Shown here one piece after another: positions 9,659 through 18,860 of a DNA stretch of 64,000 nucleotides. Numbering within the stretch: position 1 is the first letter of the stretch; each line of letters begins with the position of its first letter. The position numbers were made by a program, and so were the translations under genes. Source of the DNA: Burkholderiales bacterium (GTDB taxonomy: Bacteria > Patescibacteriota > Minisyncoccia > Phycocordibacterales > UBA9973); the NCBI GenBank assembly GCA_023701005.1, contig JAMPXW010000003.1, positions 9,148 through 73,147 on the forward strand, in the 5' to 3' direction. Under the pieces are notes generated by a model. The model saw nothing but the letters and a program-made list of their open reading frames with translations. It was not told the DNA's origin and ran no database searches.

Positions 9659-10057
9659 TTAGTATTTAGAAGTAAAAGGATTTCGGTCAGAAAGTCCTTT
9701 TAGCATCTTTTTCACACTAGCTGCGCCTCTTCGAAACATCGTTTGTTTGCGATCTTTACTTCTTCTTATTTCTTCATAAAGCCTCTCTTTCACTTCATCG
9801 ACGGCTTGATAAATGTCTTCTTTGTCAGATCCATAATAAAACTTCTCGCCATTTATACTTATCAAACAATCTGCATGGAAAACATCTCCACTTTTATGAT
9901 GTTTAGTACTTTTTCCAACTTCAAAATTAGCTTTTATTTCTCCCCCACTCGTTTCAATATCAGAAAGTAATTTTTCTAAATTTGTCACTTTCTTTAAAAC
10001 ATATTCTGTTAAAGCTTCTGTAAGTTCAAAATTTTTACCTTGTAAATTTATATTCAT
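9659..10057 (-). CDS. hpf: ribosome hibernation promoting factor / ribosome-associated inhibitor (HPF/RaiA family)
   Basis: MNINLQGKNFELTEALTEYV N-terminus typical of sigma-54 modulation/HPF family plus C-terminal extension. Confidence 0.8.
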   Translation of the reverse strand: MNINLQGKNFELTEALTEYVLKKVTNLEKLLSDIETSGGEIKANFEVGKSTKHHKSGDVFHADCLISINGEKFYYGSDKEDIYQAVDEVKERLYEEIRRSKDRKQTMFRRGAASVKKMLKGLSDRNPFTSKY

Positions 10058-10096
10058 ATTTTTATATTAAAACTTATAATGTTAATAATAATCAAA

Positions 10097-12052
10097 CTAA
10101 TATTTAATACTATGCACTAAGGCCTTGAGAACAATATCGAATTCTATCGTAGCGACTCCGATAACTTTATCTCCTCCGCCATAATAAATATACAGCAGTT
10201 TATCCCCGCCTTGACTCGACGAGGCAGGTTTTACTATCATACCACAAGGAAAAACGACATTATTCACAATTCCTATTTTTTCATATTCCTCTTTTGGTTC
10301 AAATATAGGGTCAGAGCTTCTAGCGAGGACAATAGCCGGATCTTTCAAATCTAATAACAAAAATCCTGTTCTATAAGTATTATGACTTTTAGAAACCCCA
10401 TGATATAAAAGAAGCCAGCCGTATTTTGTCTTAAGTGGTGGAGCAGAGATACCTACTTTTGCACTATCCCAAGTGTTTATTCGGGGTCCTGCTATTCTAA
10501 TACATTTTTTTACCATCTCATGTTTAAAATCTAAAGTAGAAAGATAATCTCCACAAATTTCATTACCGACACGATGAATTATAAAATATCCAAGTGGAAA
10601 CTTTTCAGGAAATATACAAGCATCCTTATCATCTATCCCCTGCGGAGTGATAAGAAAAGGTTTTTCCCAATTCCATTTATTTGAAATAAAATCTTGTTCA
10701 GTAATAGATGATATGGCTACTCTAGGTGGAGAGATACTATCATAAGCTGTATAACATAAATAAATATTCTTCCCTATTTTTGTAAGCCTAGGATCTTCAC
10801 AGCCAGAATTAGAATTATTTACTTTTTTATTTTCAAAATCTTCTCTAGGTACATAAACGGGCATTTTTAATCTCTTATCTATTTTTGTACCATTTTTTGT
10901 CATAGCATAGCCCATAGTAGAAGTATTATCATTAGACATTGCCCTATATAAAATATGTATCTTCTTGTCCAACAAGATAGTGGCTGGATTAAAAGTAGCT
11001 AAAGATTCCCAAGCATTTTCTTTTTTAGGTGAAATAATTGGATTATTTTTAAATCTTTTCAAACTAAATTTCTCTTTATATTTAAAATGTATACTTTGAA
11101 TTAAGTCTTCGAGATTAACTTTCGCCAAACATACAGTAGCATCTGCTGCTCCATAATATAAATTTAAGGTTTTTTTATCGATGATAGCTCCAGTAGGAAA
11201 AACAATATTAGGAACATAGCCAGAAAGTTCATAATGTTCTAAAGGTACAAGTATCGGGCCTTCAGTCTTGCCAACAATCTTTCTAGGATTCTTCAAATCC
11301 AAAATTACTGTCTCAATACCAAATATTTTATCTAAATTACTAGAAGATGCAAAATAGTTCTGAATATGAGAATAAATAAATAGCCAACCATCTTTCGTCT
11401 TTATTGGAGGAGCACCCACTTCTATGTGGTCAGAAGGAAAACGCTTCAAATCGATAGCATAATCATCTACATTCTTTTCCCACTTATTCCAAAATTCTAC
11501 AGACCATAAATCTTCTATCCTATCTAACATCGCGAAGACAGTTTTTGATGGTGGAGAATCCGTATGATAAGAAAATACAACTACAATTTTCCCATTTATT
11601 CTCTCTGGGAAAAGGGCCATAGCTTTGGCATTAAAAGGTGTCACCAAATGTCTCTCTTTTATTTTGTTTAAATCATCTGAAACAGCTACCGCAACCTTGA
11701 TACCCTCTCTTGAAAAAGGATATTTTGAAAGTGCAGTATAAAAAGTATAAAATTTGCCTTCAAAAAATGTAACTCTAGGGTCTTCACAGCCAAATTTTTC
11801 CCAATCTTCTTTTGGTGTGATAAATGGTTTTCTATTTTTAAAGTTAATACCATCTTTACTCTCAGCGATCCCTATCACAGAATTTTGTCTAGGATTTTGC
11901 AAGACATCAACTGCAGATATCGCTCTGTAAAGTCCATATATTTTACCCTTATATTTAATTGGACAAAGATTAAAAGTAGCAAATTCTTCCCAGTAATGAT
12001 CTTCCTTTGGTATTAAGATTGGATTGTGTTCTGATCTTTTTACAACAAACAT
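10097..12052 (-). CDS. tandem-duplicated GH130-like glycosidase/phosphorylase (two beta-propeller repeats)
   Basis: two copies of NPIL..W(E)..ATFN(P)...YRA..., ...YYG(A/G)(A/G)D pattern (GH130/DUF377-like); carries family-1 GC-rich insert near C-terminus. Confidence 0.55.
   Translation of the reverse strand: MFVVKRSEHNPILIPKEDHYWEEFATFNLCPIKYKGKIYGLYRAISAVDVLQNPRQNSVIGIAESKDGINFKNRKPFITPKEDWEKFGCEDPRVTFFEGKFYTFYTALSKYPFSREGIKVAVAVSDDLNKIKERHLVTPFNAKAMALFPERINGKIVVVFSYHTDSPPSKTVFAMLDRIEDLWSVEFWNKWEKNVDDYAIDLKRFPSDHIEVGAPPIKTKDGWLFIYSHIQNYFASSSNLDKIFGIETVILDLKNPRKIVGKTEGPILVPLEHYELSGYVPNIVFPTGAIIDKKTLNLYYGAADATVCLAKVNLEDLIQSIHFKYKEKFSLKRFKNNPIISPKKENAWESLATFNPATILLDKKIHILYRAMSNDNTSTMGYAMTKNGTKIDKRLKMPVYVPREDFENKKVNNSNSGCEDPRLTKIGKNIYLCYTAYDSISPPRVAISSITEQDFISNKWNWEKPFLITPQGIDDKDACIFPEKFPLGYFIIHRVGNEICGDYLSTLDFKHEMVKKCIRIAGPRINTWDSAKVGISAPPLKTKYGWLLLYHGVSKSHNTYRTGFLLLDLKDPAIVLARSSDPIFEPKEEYEKIGIVNNVVFPCGMIVKPASSSQGGDKLLYIYYGGGDKVIGVATIEFDIVLKALVHSIKY
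10203..10232. repeat. GC-rich mini-element (family 1) copy, in-frame in GH130-like gene; encodes PASSSQGG
   Basis: tccccgccttgactcgacgaggcaggtttt, 30/33 identity to gap copy; the N-terminal repeat of the same protein lacks it. Confidence 0.6.
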
Positions 12053-12057
12053 AAATT

Positions 12058-13275
12058 TTATTCAAACTTAAATAATTTATTTTTTTCTAATTTTACAGAA
12101 TTATTTTTCACAATATCGTCCAATAAATCTGAAAGTTTAATAGAAGCGACACATACGACACTATCAGCCCCTCCATAATAAACAAAAAGTCTACCTTCTT
12201 TTACAACGGCACCACATGAATAAATAACACCTGATTTAAATCCTTCATTTTCATAATATTTATCTGGTTCTAAAATAGGACTTTGTGCACGATATAATAT
12301 TTTATTTGGATTTTTCAAATCTAAAATCATAGCACCTAGTTTATATCTATTTGGATCATTCTTATCCATAGCATGATACAAAACAAGCCATCCAAGATCA
12401 GTTTTTATTGGAGTAGGACCAACTCCTCTCACCCTATTGTCCCAAGAACTCTGCCAAGCTGGGGAAGAATTGTAATAACTTTTTATAAATTTTGAACCAT
12501 TAAACTCTGAAAAATCATCAATATAATCTATCAAAATTTCTGGAGAGATACTATGTAATATTGCAAATTTACCATTTATTTTTTCTGGAAATAAAACCCA
12601 GTTCTTATGAATTTCATTTGGAGGAGAAATCAAGATTGGTTTTTCCCAATTCCATTTTTTATTTTTAAAATCTTCTAATTTTATTGAAGTTAAGGCCATG
12701 CGCAAAGAACCCCATCCATCAAAAGCTGTATAAATAAGATAAACGGTATCGTCGATCAATGTAACTCGAGGATCTTCACAACCACCATTCCAACCACCAC
12801 CAGAAATATAATCTATAGGTTCAGTAGATTTTACAAATTTTACAGATTTTTGATAGATTGCATTTATTGGTCTTTCCATCAACCCATAACCATCCAAACT
12901 TGCTGCATATCCTAAGACAGACACATCATTGTCTCCAATAGCTCTGTATATAAGATGTATTTTTTGTCCATCAAAAAAAGCTGCTGGATTAAATGTGGCT
13001 TTTGATTCCCAAGAATACGGCCTTGGTTCTATTATTGGATTGTATTTAAATCTTTCGAGTTTTATTCCTTTTACAATCTTTGTTAATTTTTTAGAAATTT
13101 TTTTTATAACTTTCTTTTTTATTTTCTTTACAGGTTTTTTAACGATCTTTTTTGTTATTTTTTTTACTACTATTTTTTTACTTGTCGTTTTTTTTACAAC
13201 CTTTTTAATTGGTTTCTTCTTGGGGGCAACTTTTTTCTTTGGAATCTTCAATTTTTTCTTCAGTATCTTTACCAT
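12058..13275 (-). CDS. GH130-like glycosidase/phosphorylase with 70-aa Lys-rich (KKxx repeat) N-terminal tail
   Basis: YNPIIEPRPYSWESKATFNPAA...YYGGAD; N-terminus MVKILKKKLKIPKKKVAPKKKPIKK... Confidence 0.55.
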   Translation of the reverse strand: MVKILKKKLKIPKKKVAPKKKPIKKVVKKTTSKKIVVKKITKKIVKKPVKKIKKKVIKKISKKLTKIVKGIKLERFKYNPIIEPRPYSWESKATFNPAAFFDGQKIHLIYRAIGDNDVSVLGYAASLDGYGLMERPINAIYQKSVKFVKSTEPIDYISGGGWNGGCEDPRVTLIDDTVYLIYTAFDGWGSLRMALTSIKLEDFKNKKWNWEKPILISPPNEIHKNWVLFPEKINGKFAILHSISPEILIDYIDDFSEFNGSKFIKSYYNSSPAWQSSWDNRVRGVGPTPIKTDLGWLVLYHAMDKNDPNRYKLGAMILDLKNPNKILYRAQSPILEPDKYYENEGFKSGVIYSCGAVVKEGRLFVYYGGADSVVCVASIKLSDLLDDIVKNNSVKLEKNKLFKFE

Positions 13276-13290
13276 GTTATAGACATTATA

Positions 13291-13755
13291 CTACTTTTTT
13301 ATCTTCTTTGAATACTCCTTTAAAAGTTGCGAAGAGCTTCTTATTTTTCCACCCTTCCCAACATTAAAAACCATCTCTATACCTAATTTTTGACATATTT
13401 TATACTCTGCTTGAGGTAAATCATTGTCTTCCGGTTTTCTATCACCACCATTTGCAAATACGTGAGGTTTAATTTTTAATAACTCCTTACAAACACTAAT
13501 ATCCTTTGTATTTTTCTTATGACTAGATATCACAACTTCATCCACACATTCCAAAGCCTCTATGATCTCCCTGCGTTCATGGTGAGACATAAAAACAGGC
13601 TTACCTTTAACGTCAAACCAATTATCATTGTTTAAGATAACTATCAACTTATCTCCCAGTTTCTTTGCCTCCTGCATATAACGAATATGTCCAATATGCA
13701 AAGGATCAAACCCCCCACTAACTGCCACTATTTTTTGTTGTTTATTTTTTTTCAT
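13291..13755 (-). CDS. nucleotidyltransferase, HldE/RfaE domain II-like (ADP-heptose synthase / cytidylyltransferase family)
   Basis: VAVSGGFDPLHIGHIRYMQEAKKLGDKLIV ... ANGGD; start set at conserved MKKNKQQKIVAVSGGFD. Confidence 0.65.
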   Translation of the reverse strand: MKKNKQQKIVAVSGGFDPLHIGHIRYMQEAKKLGDKLIVILNNDNWFDVKGKPVFMSHHERREIIEALECVDEVVISSHKKNTKDISVCKELLKIKPHVFANGGDRKPEDNDLPQAEYKICQKLGIEMVFNVGKGGKIRSSSQLLKEYSKKIKK

Positions 13756-13759
13756 ATTT

Positions 13760-15466
13760 CTAATAAACTTCTTGTTGATAACATTTTTCACAATAAAGTA
13801 TTGGGGCATAATCCTCATTATAAACTGTCTCGACATCAATATTACATTTTCCACATTGTCTTTTAATAATTTTAAGCTTAGGACGTTTATTCATTCTTTT
13901 CCAATATCGAATATTAAAACAAACCCTAGGTAGTGGTAAGTCCATCTTGCGATAAAACTGTAATTCATTAGCGGTAATTCTAAAAGCTCCTGCAGATTCT
14001 AAATTATCTTTCTCCTCGCATTCTATCACTTCGTCAAGTATTGAATCATTAACCTCAGAAATAGTTTCTGGTAAGGTTCCCGACCTTAGTGTTATTTTAT
14101 AATTAATCTTTTCTTTATTTTTCCATTTATAATCCTTAAATAAAGCCTCTTCACGAGATAAAGCAAAATGATAATTAGCGATTGTCTCATTGTAAGCAAA
14201 ATCTGAAAATTCAACTGGAAAAAATTCACCAAAATAATATTTTATACCTCTCTTATCTACAAAAGGAACCTCCTTCATTTGCTTAATTATCTTTTCTTTT
14301 AGAATTTCATATTCTTCTTTTGAATATCTTTTATTTAAAATTGAATATTCTCCTTTTCTTAAACCAACACAACCAAAACAATTTCTAGCACCAGGGCAAG
14401 TATTACAATAATATAAATCAGTGGCTCCTGCCCAGCATTGATTACAAAAATATAATCTAGTTATATTTAAACCACAATTCACGGATTCATAAATTTGTTC
14501 AGCCTTATTTCCCCATTCATAATAATCCATACAATCTTCGGCCCCAAATACCATAAATAAATGTTTACCATCTTTTATTTCTATGCAATCGAAAGATTCT
14601 CGAACATTTTTACAATTTGAAAACCAATTACCAGAAACTTTTTCTGATTTTATGGTAGCCATACTTTTGATTGGAAACTTTTTTCGGAACACCTCAAAAT
14701 CTTTTTTCATTTTTTCTATTCCGGAATGTTTATTAAGGCTTAAATTTTTTAGTGTTTTAAAATATTCTTCTTTCGTATATTGTTTATTCCAAATACAATA
14801 CTGATTATTTACTAAATTTACACACGCGATACAATCTGAACAATTTCTACATGCATATAAAAAATAAGAATCTCGACAATCATTACTTTCCTGTCCAAAT
14901 TTTAGATTATAACAATTCTTAATATTTACACATTCATAACATATTTGTGAATCAAAAACCCATGAACAATCTATACAATTTTTAGAATATTTACCATTAT
15001 ATTCATACAAACAGTCTTCTGGATAAGTAGATCGAAATACCATAAAAGAATTCTTGGGACCAGTTACTCTATGAGTGTATGAGCTATTTATACTTTCCCC
15101 TTGTTTGACCAAAGACATTCTTGGTACTTTATTTTGAAGTTCAAAAAATTGCTCTAAAAATGGCCTCTCTTCATCAAAATCAATTCCATATTCATACGGG
15201 TCCCATTTGTCAGAATACCATTCATATGTTTCATACACAGGGAAAGATACATCAGATGGATACATACTAAAAATCTCTTTCCCAGTTAAATCACATTTCC
15301 TCTTATAAAGAACAACTTCGTTTGTCTGCGCAAATCTTCTCATCCTTCTACATCCTGGACAAAAAGTAGGTGGAGGAACTTTTATTTTCTCATAAAAATT
15401 AAAATCTTCTGGCTCTATAATAAAGTCTTGCTTGCAGTTTTGACAATTTCGAGTCTCTGTATTCAT
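13760..15466 (-). CDS. cysteine-rich protein of unknown function (zinc-ribbon-like termini, internal CxxC ladder repeats)
   Basis: ~45 Cys; N-term NCQNCK...FCPGCRRMRR, C-term QCGKCN...YCEKCY, internal CIDCSW..CYECVN..CRNCSDCIACVN; first gene of operon with 13291-13755 and GH130 genes. Confidence 0.5.
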   Translation of the reverse strand: MNTETRNCQNCKQDFIIEPEDFNFYEKIKVPPPTFCPGCRRMRRFAQTNEVVLYKRKCDLTGKEIFSMYPSDVSFPVYETYEWYSDKWDPYEYGIDFDEERPFLEQFFELQNKVPRMSLVKQGESINSSYTHRVTGPKNSFMVFRSTYPEDCLYEYNGKYSKNCIDCSWVFDSQICYECVNIKNCYNLKFGQESNDCRDSYFLYACRNCSDCIACVNLVNNQYCIWNKQYTKEEYFKTLKNLSLNKHSGIEKMKKDFEVFRKKFPIKSMATIKSEKVSGNWFSNCKNVRESFDCIEIKDGKHLFMVFGAEDCMDYYEWGNKAEQIYESVNCGLNITRLYFCNQCWAGATDLYYCNTCPGARNCFGCVGLRKGEYSILNKRYSKEEYEILKEKIIKQMKEVPFVDKRGIKYYFGEFFPVEFSDFAYNETIANYHFALSREEALFKDYKWKNKEKINYKITLRSGTLPETISEVNDSILDEVIECEEKDNLESAGAFRITANELQFYRKMDLPLPRVCFNIRYWKRMNKRPKLKIIKRQCGKCNIDVETVYNEDYAPILYCEKCYQQEVY

Positions 15467-15510
15467 GCTTAAATTATAAGCCTTTCATGAGATTAAAGCA
15501 AAAAATATAA

Positions 15511-15981
15511 ATGTCTGTTATAATTTATTTTATGTATATAATATATGCTTTGTTGGGTGCTATAATGGCTAGCCTTGGCACAATATTTGCCAAATTAGGA
15601 TTAAAAGGAGTAGACGCAAATATGCTCACAGCCATCCGTGGCATAGTGATGGCTCTCATAGTTTCTATCGCTGCACTATCATTAGGTAAATTGAATATAA
15701 CAGCCCTTTCTTCCCTTTCTGCAAAACAATGGATCTTTGTCATTTTGTCTGGATTGGGAGGAGCTTTGTCTTGGATTTTCTTTTATCAAGCACTATCTGT
15801 TGGCCCCACTGTCGCTGTGACAGTGATCGACAAATTGTCTATCACATTTACCGCTATTTTGGCTGTTGCCGTTTTGTCTGAAGGAATAACTTTACAAGCA
15901 AGTATTGGTTTAGCTTTCGTTGTATTAGGGACACTTCTCGTAGCTATCCCTTGGGAAAAAATTCAAAAACTTTTTTCCTAA
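15511..15981 (+). CDS. small EamA/DMT-family membrane protein (4 TM)
   Basis: hydrophobic 156 aa, EamA-like half-transporter pattern. Confidence 0.45.
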   Translation: MSVIIYFMYIIYALLGAIMASLGTIFAKLGLKGVDANMLTAIRGIVMALIVSIAALSLGKLNITALSSLSAKQWIFVILSGLGGALSWIFFYQALSVGPTVAVTVIDKLSITFTAILAVAVLSEGITLQASIGLAFVVLGTLLVAIPWEKIQKLFS

Positions 15982-16020
15982 AAAGAAGATACTATAAATC
16001 AATTTCTATCATCTTATATC

Positions 16021-16177
16021 AAAAAAAAACATAAAGATAATTTTTAGAATGCCTTGCGCAGAAGCTTAGAAAATAAAAATAGTATTCTATTTATTATTTT
16101 CTTGAGCGGCGAGCAGTTCGCTAGCGAAGCTTCGCTAGATAGATTGCATTATAAAAATTGATCTTTATGTTTTTTGA
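16021..16177. repeat. MITE-like element: ~16-bp terminal inverted repeats flanking GC-rich palindromic core
   Basis: aaaaaacataaagat (16024-16038) vs atctttatgtttttt (16161-16175); core contains perfect palindromes ttcgctagcgaa and tagcgaagcttcgcta; lies between convergent genes. Confidence 0.45.
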
Positions 16178-16182
16178 TTCTC

Positions 16183-16857
16183 TTATTTAATTAAGAAACT
16201 CATTGTGGAGACTAAACGTATCTTTTTATATTCAGGTGATCCTGGATCCTTTTCTGAAATATCAAACACTCCTTGATTACCACGATGTAAGCCACCCAAG
16301 CTAGACCCTGTTTCCCCAGCTATCTTTTGAGCAGTATCTTTTGCATTCTTGAGAGCTTCAGCCAACATTTCTGGCTTTATTGTATTTATGTCTGAAAATT
16401 CAAAAGAAACAGAATTTTGATTCATTACAATTCCATTCTTTATTAATACTAAAGTATCTTTTGAAACTGATTTTATCAAATCAACTTTTTTAGTATAAAC
16501 AGAAAGTTGGTTTGTAGAATTGTATCTAAACAATGCATCTTTGTAGGTATCTTGATATATATTTACTGGTGCGACATTTATTTCAGATTCTTCAAAACCT
16601 TTCTCTTTCAAGAAAGCTTTGATAGTAGCTATGTTTTTACCAATATCAGCATATAAAGAATCAACATTATTTGATTTAACTTCAAAATTGATTGACCAAA
16701 TAGCTGTATCAGCTTTTACTATTCTCTCAGACAAACCTTTGACCTCTACATAAGAACCTTGTTTTGAAAAGTTTTGTGCAGCAAGGAAAAATATTGCTGA
16801 AAAAACCAAAACACCTAAACCTATAACCCACACATTGTAATTTTTTGTATTTTCCAT
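16183..16857 (-). CDS. SIMPL/DUF541-like secreted or membrane-anchored protein
   Basis: N-terminal TM then beta-rich region; weak family resemblance only. Confidence 0.35.
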   Translation of the reverse strand: MENTKNYNVWVIGLGVLVFSAIFFLAAQNFSKQGSYVEVKGLSERIVKADTAIWSINFEVKSNNVDSLYADIGKNIATIKAFLKEKGFEESEINVAPVNIYQDTYKDALFRYNSTNQLSVYTKKVDLIKSVSKDTLVLIKNGIVMNQNSVSFEFSDINTIKPEMLAEALKNAKDTAQKIAGETGSSLGGLHRGNQGVFDISEKDPGSPEYKKIRLVSTMSFLIK

Positions 16858-16881
16858 AATTTATAAATTAAGCTAATAATA

Positions 16882-17325
16882 TTAATTTTTTTCTATATCT
16901 TTTTCTATTTCATCTAATCTTTTAGAAATCTCTTTCACTTCGTTCTTTATTTCTTTTAATGTACCGGTTTCTAATCTTACTTCTTCTTCTGTCTTTTCTG
17001 TCAATTTCTTTTCACCCTTAAGACCCGTCACTATCATTTCATTACCAATGAAACCAAAAACAAAAAGCCCTGTAGATAGAAGCAATATGCTTCCGATTAT
17101 TAATGAAAGTGGACCATCCCACCAAGGCAAAGCCCCCAAATCAACTGAGCCATTTACTTGATAAGAAAATATAACTTCTGTGAAGAAATCGGCTGTATGC
17201 CAAACTCCACGCCAAAATACGACTATTCCTATCCCACCAATAAAAGCATAAAGTATAGGATAGTGGCTCAATTTGCCTCTTATCTTATCTTCAAGTTTAT
17301 CAAAAAATCCATATATCGATCTCAT
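16882..17325 (-). CDS. hypothetical membrane protein with C-terminal coiled coil
   Basis: two TM segments, EKxxEE-rich tail. Confidence 0.4.
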   Translation of the reverse strand: MRSIYGFFDKLEDKIRGKLSHYPILYAFIGGIGIVVFWRGVWHTADFFTEVIFSYQVNGSVDLGALPWWDGPLSLIIGSILLLSTGLFVFGFIGNEMIVTGLKGEKKLTEKTEEEVRLETGTLKEIKNEVKEISKRLDEIEKDIEKN

Positions 17326-17332
17326 AAAAAAA

Positions 17333-17458
17333 TTATTTATGTTTCTTTTTTGCAGCCTTTTTAGCTAGTGTAAGCTTTTTGATTTCAAGTCTCTTTTTTG
17401 TTTTGCGAGAATGTCTTGATTTCTTTTTTGGGCCCAATGTTGTACTTCTTTTTGCCAT
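17333..17458 (-). CDS. unannotated 42-aa highly basic protein (possibly ribosomal, bL34/bL32-like)
   Basis: MAKRSTTLGPKKKSRHSRKTKKRLEIKKLTLAKKAAKKKHKK found by manual translation; below the 60-aa cutoff of the ORF track. Confidence 0.3.
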   Translation of the reverse strand: MAKRSTTLGPKKKSRHSRKTKKRLEIKKLTLAKKAAKKKHK

Positions 17459-17523
17459 ATAATTATTATTCTTTTATTATTAATAAGTATCTATACTATA
17501 CACCAAATTTAACAAAAATAATA

Positions 17524-17550
17524 GCCCCGAAAATAAATCCGGGGCATTTT
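17524..17550. terminator. hairpin terminator gccccg/ccggggc
   Basis: gccccgaaaataaatccggggc followed by T-run; sits just downstream of a 55-aa minus-strand ORF (17551-17718). Confidence 0.5.
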
Positions 17551-17718
17551 AAAACTATACTTTTACATATTCATTAATAGTATTTTCTTTAGCATTAAAA
17601 TATAAATACGCTATTAAAAAATTATTTACCCACAACTGGCAACCATCCTTCATGCTATCTTGTTGTTCCCAACCTTTTTCTAATAATTCTTTTCGAGATA
17701 TTTTATCTCCTTTTTTCA
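17551..17718 (-). CDS. hypothetical 55-aa protein
   Basis: MKKGDKISRKELLEKGWEQQDSMKDGCQLW...; preceded by GGAG-like RBS and followed by terminator. Confidence 0.25.
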
Positions 17719-17754
17719 TTATTCCCTCTTTATTTAGATTTGTTTAATAATTAA

Positions 17755-17994
17755 TTAATTCTGCACCTTTGAATAATGATTATACTCTTGTTTGTCGATA
17801 CTAAGACTACAAGAACATTCTCCTTTTTTTACTTTTACAAAAACAGAGTTTGTCAAAATAAGTTTATTATAAACAAAACAACCATCAGCTTTTTTCCCAC
17901 ATCTTGAAGAAGGAAAATTAAAAATCATTTCCTTTTGAGTAACCTCTGCAATAGTTGAAGTTATCATGGCGTTAACCTTTCTATTTATTGTCAA
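17755..17994 (-). CDS. hypothetical protein, 79 aa
   Basis: ORF only. Confidence 0.3.
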   Translation of the reverse strand: MTINRKVNAMITSTIAEVTQKEMIFNFPSSRCGKKADGCFVYNKLILTNSVFVKVKKGECSCSLSIDKQEYNHYSKVQN

Positions 17995-18086
17995 GGAAGT
18001 TAATTAATTAAACTAATTATACTCCTAAAAACAACAAGGCAAATAATGCCTTGTGGAGAACTTTTAAAATAAAAACTCAAATTAAA

Positions 18087-18115
18087 AAGCCGCCTTTAAT
18101 TAAAGGCGGCTTATA
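18087..18115. terminator. terminator aagccgccttt/aaaggcggctt
   Basis: 11-bp perfect stem immediately downstream of 18119-18670 gene. Confidence 0.6.
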
Positions 18116-18118
18116 ATT

Positions 18119-18670
18119 TCACAAACTCTCTTTGTATTCTTTTGCTACCAATCTGTCCATTTCTTCCGAGGATAACTCCAGATTTTCTGGGTTAAGCATT
18201 AATGTTGCTCTCAACATATCCATTTCAAAATCAGGCTGAGAAAAATCTTTCTCATCTTCTTCGTGGAAGTTAATTGCGACATTATTTTCATCAAAAGGTA
18301 AAAATTGAGTATACATCTGATGAACTTGAAGAATATGCTGAGTTTTGTCATTCAATATTTCCTTAAATGCTTCGTCGGTTAAAATTAAATGACAATAAAC
18401 GTGGTCTTCTTTGATTATCTCAACTATATAAACAATCAAAAGATCAGTCTCAGATTCTTCTTGGATAGTAAACAATGTTTCAATGGTCTTGTTTGGAAAA
18501 GCAAACCAATTATTTCCAGAATTATGGCTTTGCTTGGACTCATATATAGTAAATATATTTTTTAATCCAAAACCAGAACCATCACGATATTCTGCAATAG
18601 TTAATGATGGTTTCATTTCCAAAAGTCCATTTAGACTTTGTGCGATAAGATTCTTAATACTTGCTTTCAT
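18119..18670 (-). CDS. hypothetical protein, 183 aa
   Basis: ORF with terminator; no recognisable motif. Confidence 0.45.
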   Translation of the reverse strand: MKASIKNLIAQSLNGLLEMKPSLTIAEYRDGSGFGLKNIFTIYESKQSHNSGNNWFAFPNKTIETLFTIQEESETDLLIVYIVEIIKEDHVYCHLILTDEAFKEILNDKTQHILQVHQMYTQFLPFDENNVAINFHEEDEKDFSQPDFEMDMLRATLMLNPENLELSSEEMDRLVAKEYKESL

Positions 18671-18860
18671 TTTTTTGTTCCTTTTGTTGTTTTTTATTTT
18701 ATTGATTTATTACTATCTCCAACAAAAGGGACAAAAATAAACCAATAAAGTTAAAAACGGAACCTAATTTCAATGTTCTAAACTATATAAAGTATAGCAT
18801 ATTATAACATATTTGTCAATATCTTATAGACGAATTCAACAACTTTAATAAAAATTTTGA

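Noticed and set aside
16100-16140. GC-rich palindromes ttcgctagcgaa and tagcgaagcttcgcta as restriction or operator sites
   Set aside because: They are enclosed by 16-bp terminal inverted repeats. I therefore read them as the core of a single inverted-repeat element rather than as independent protein-binding sites.
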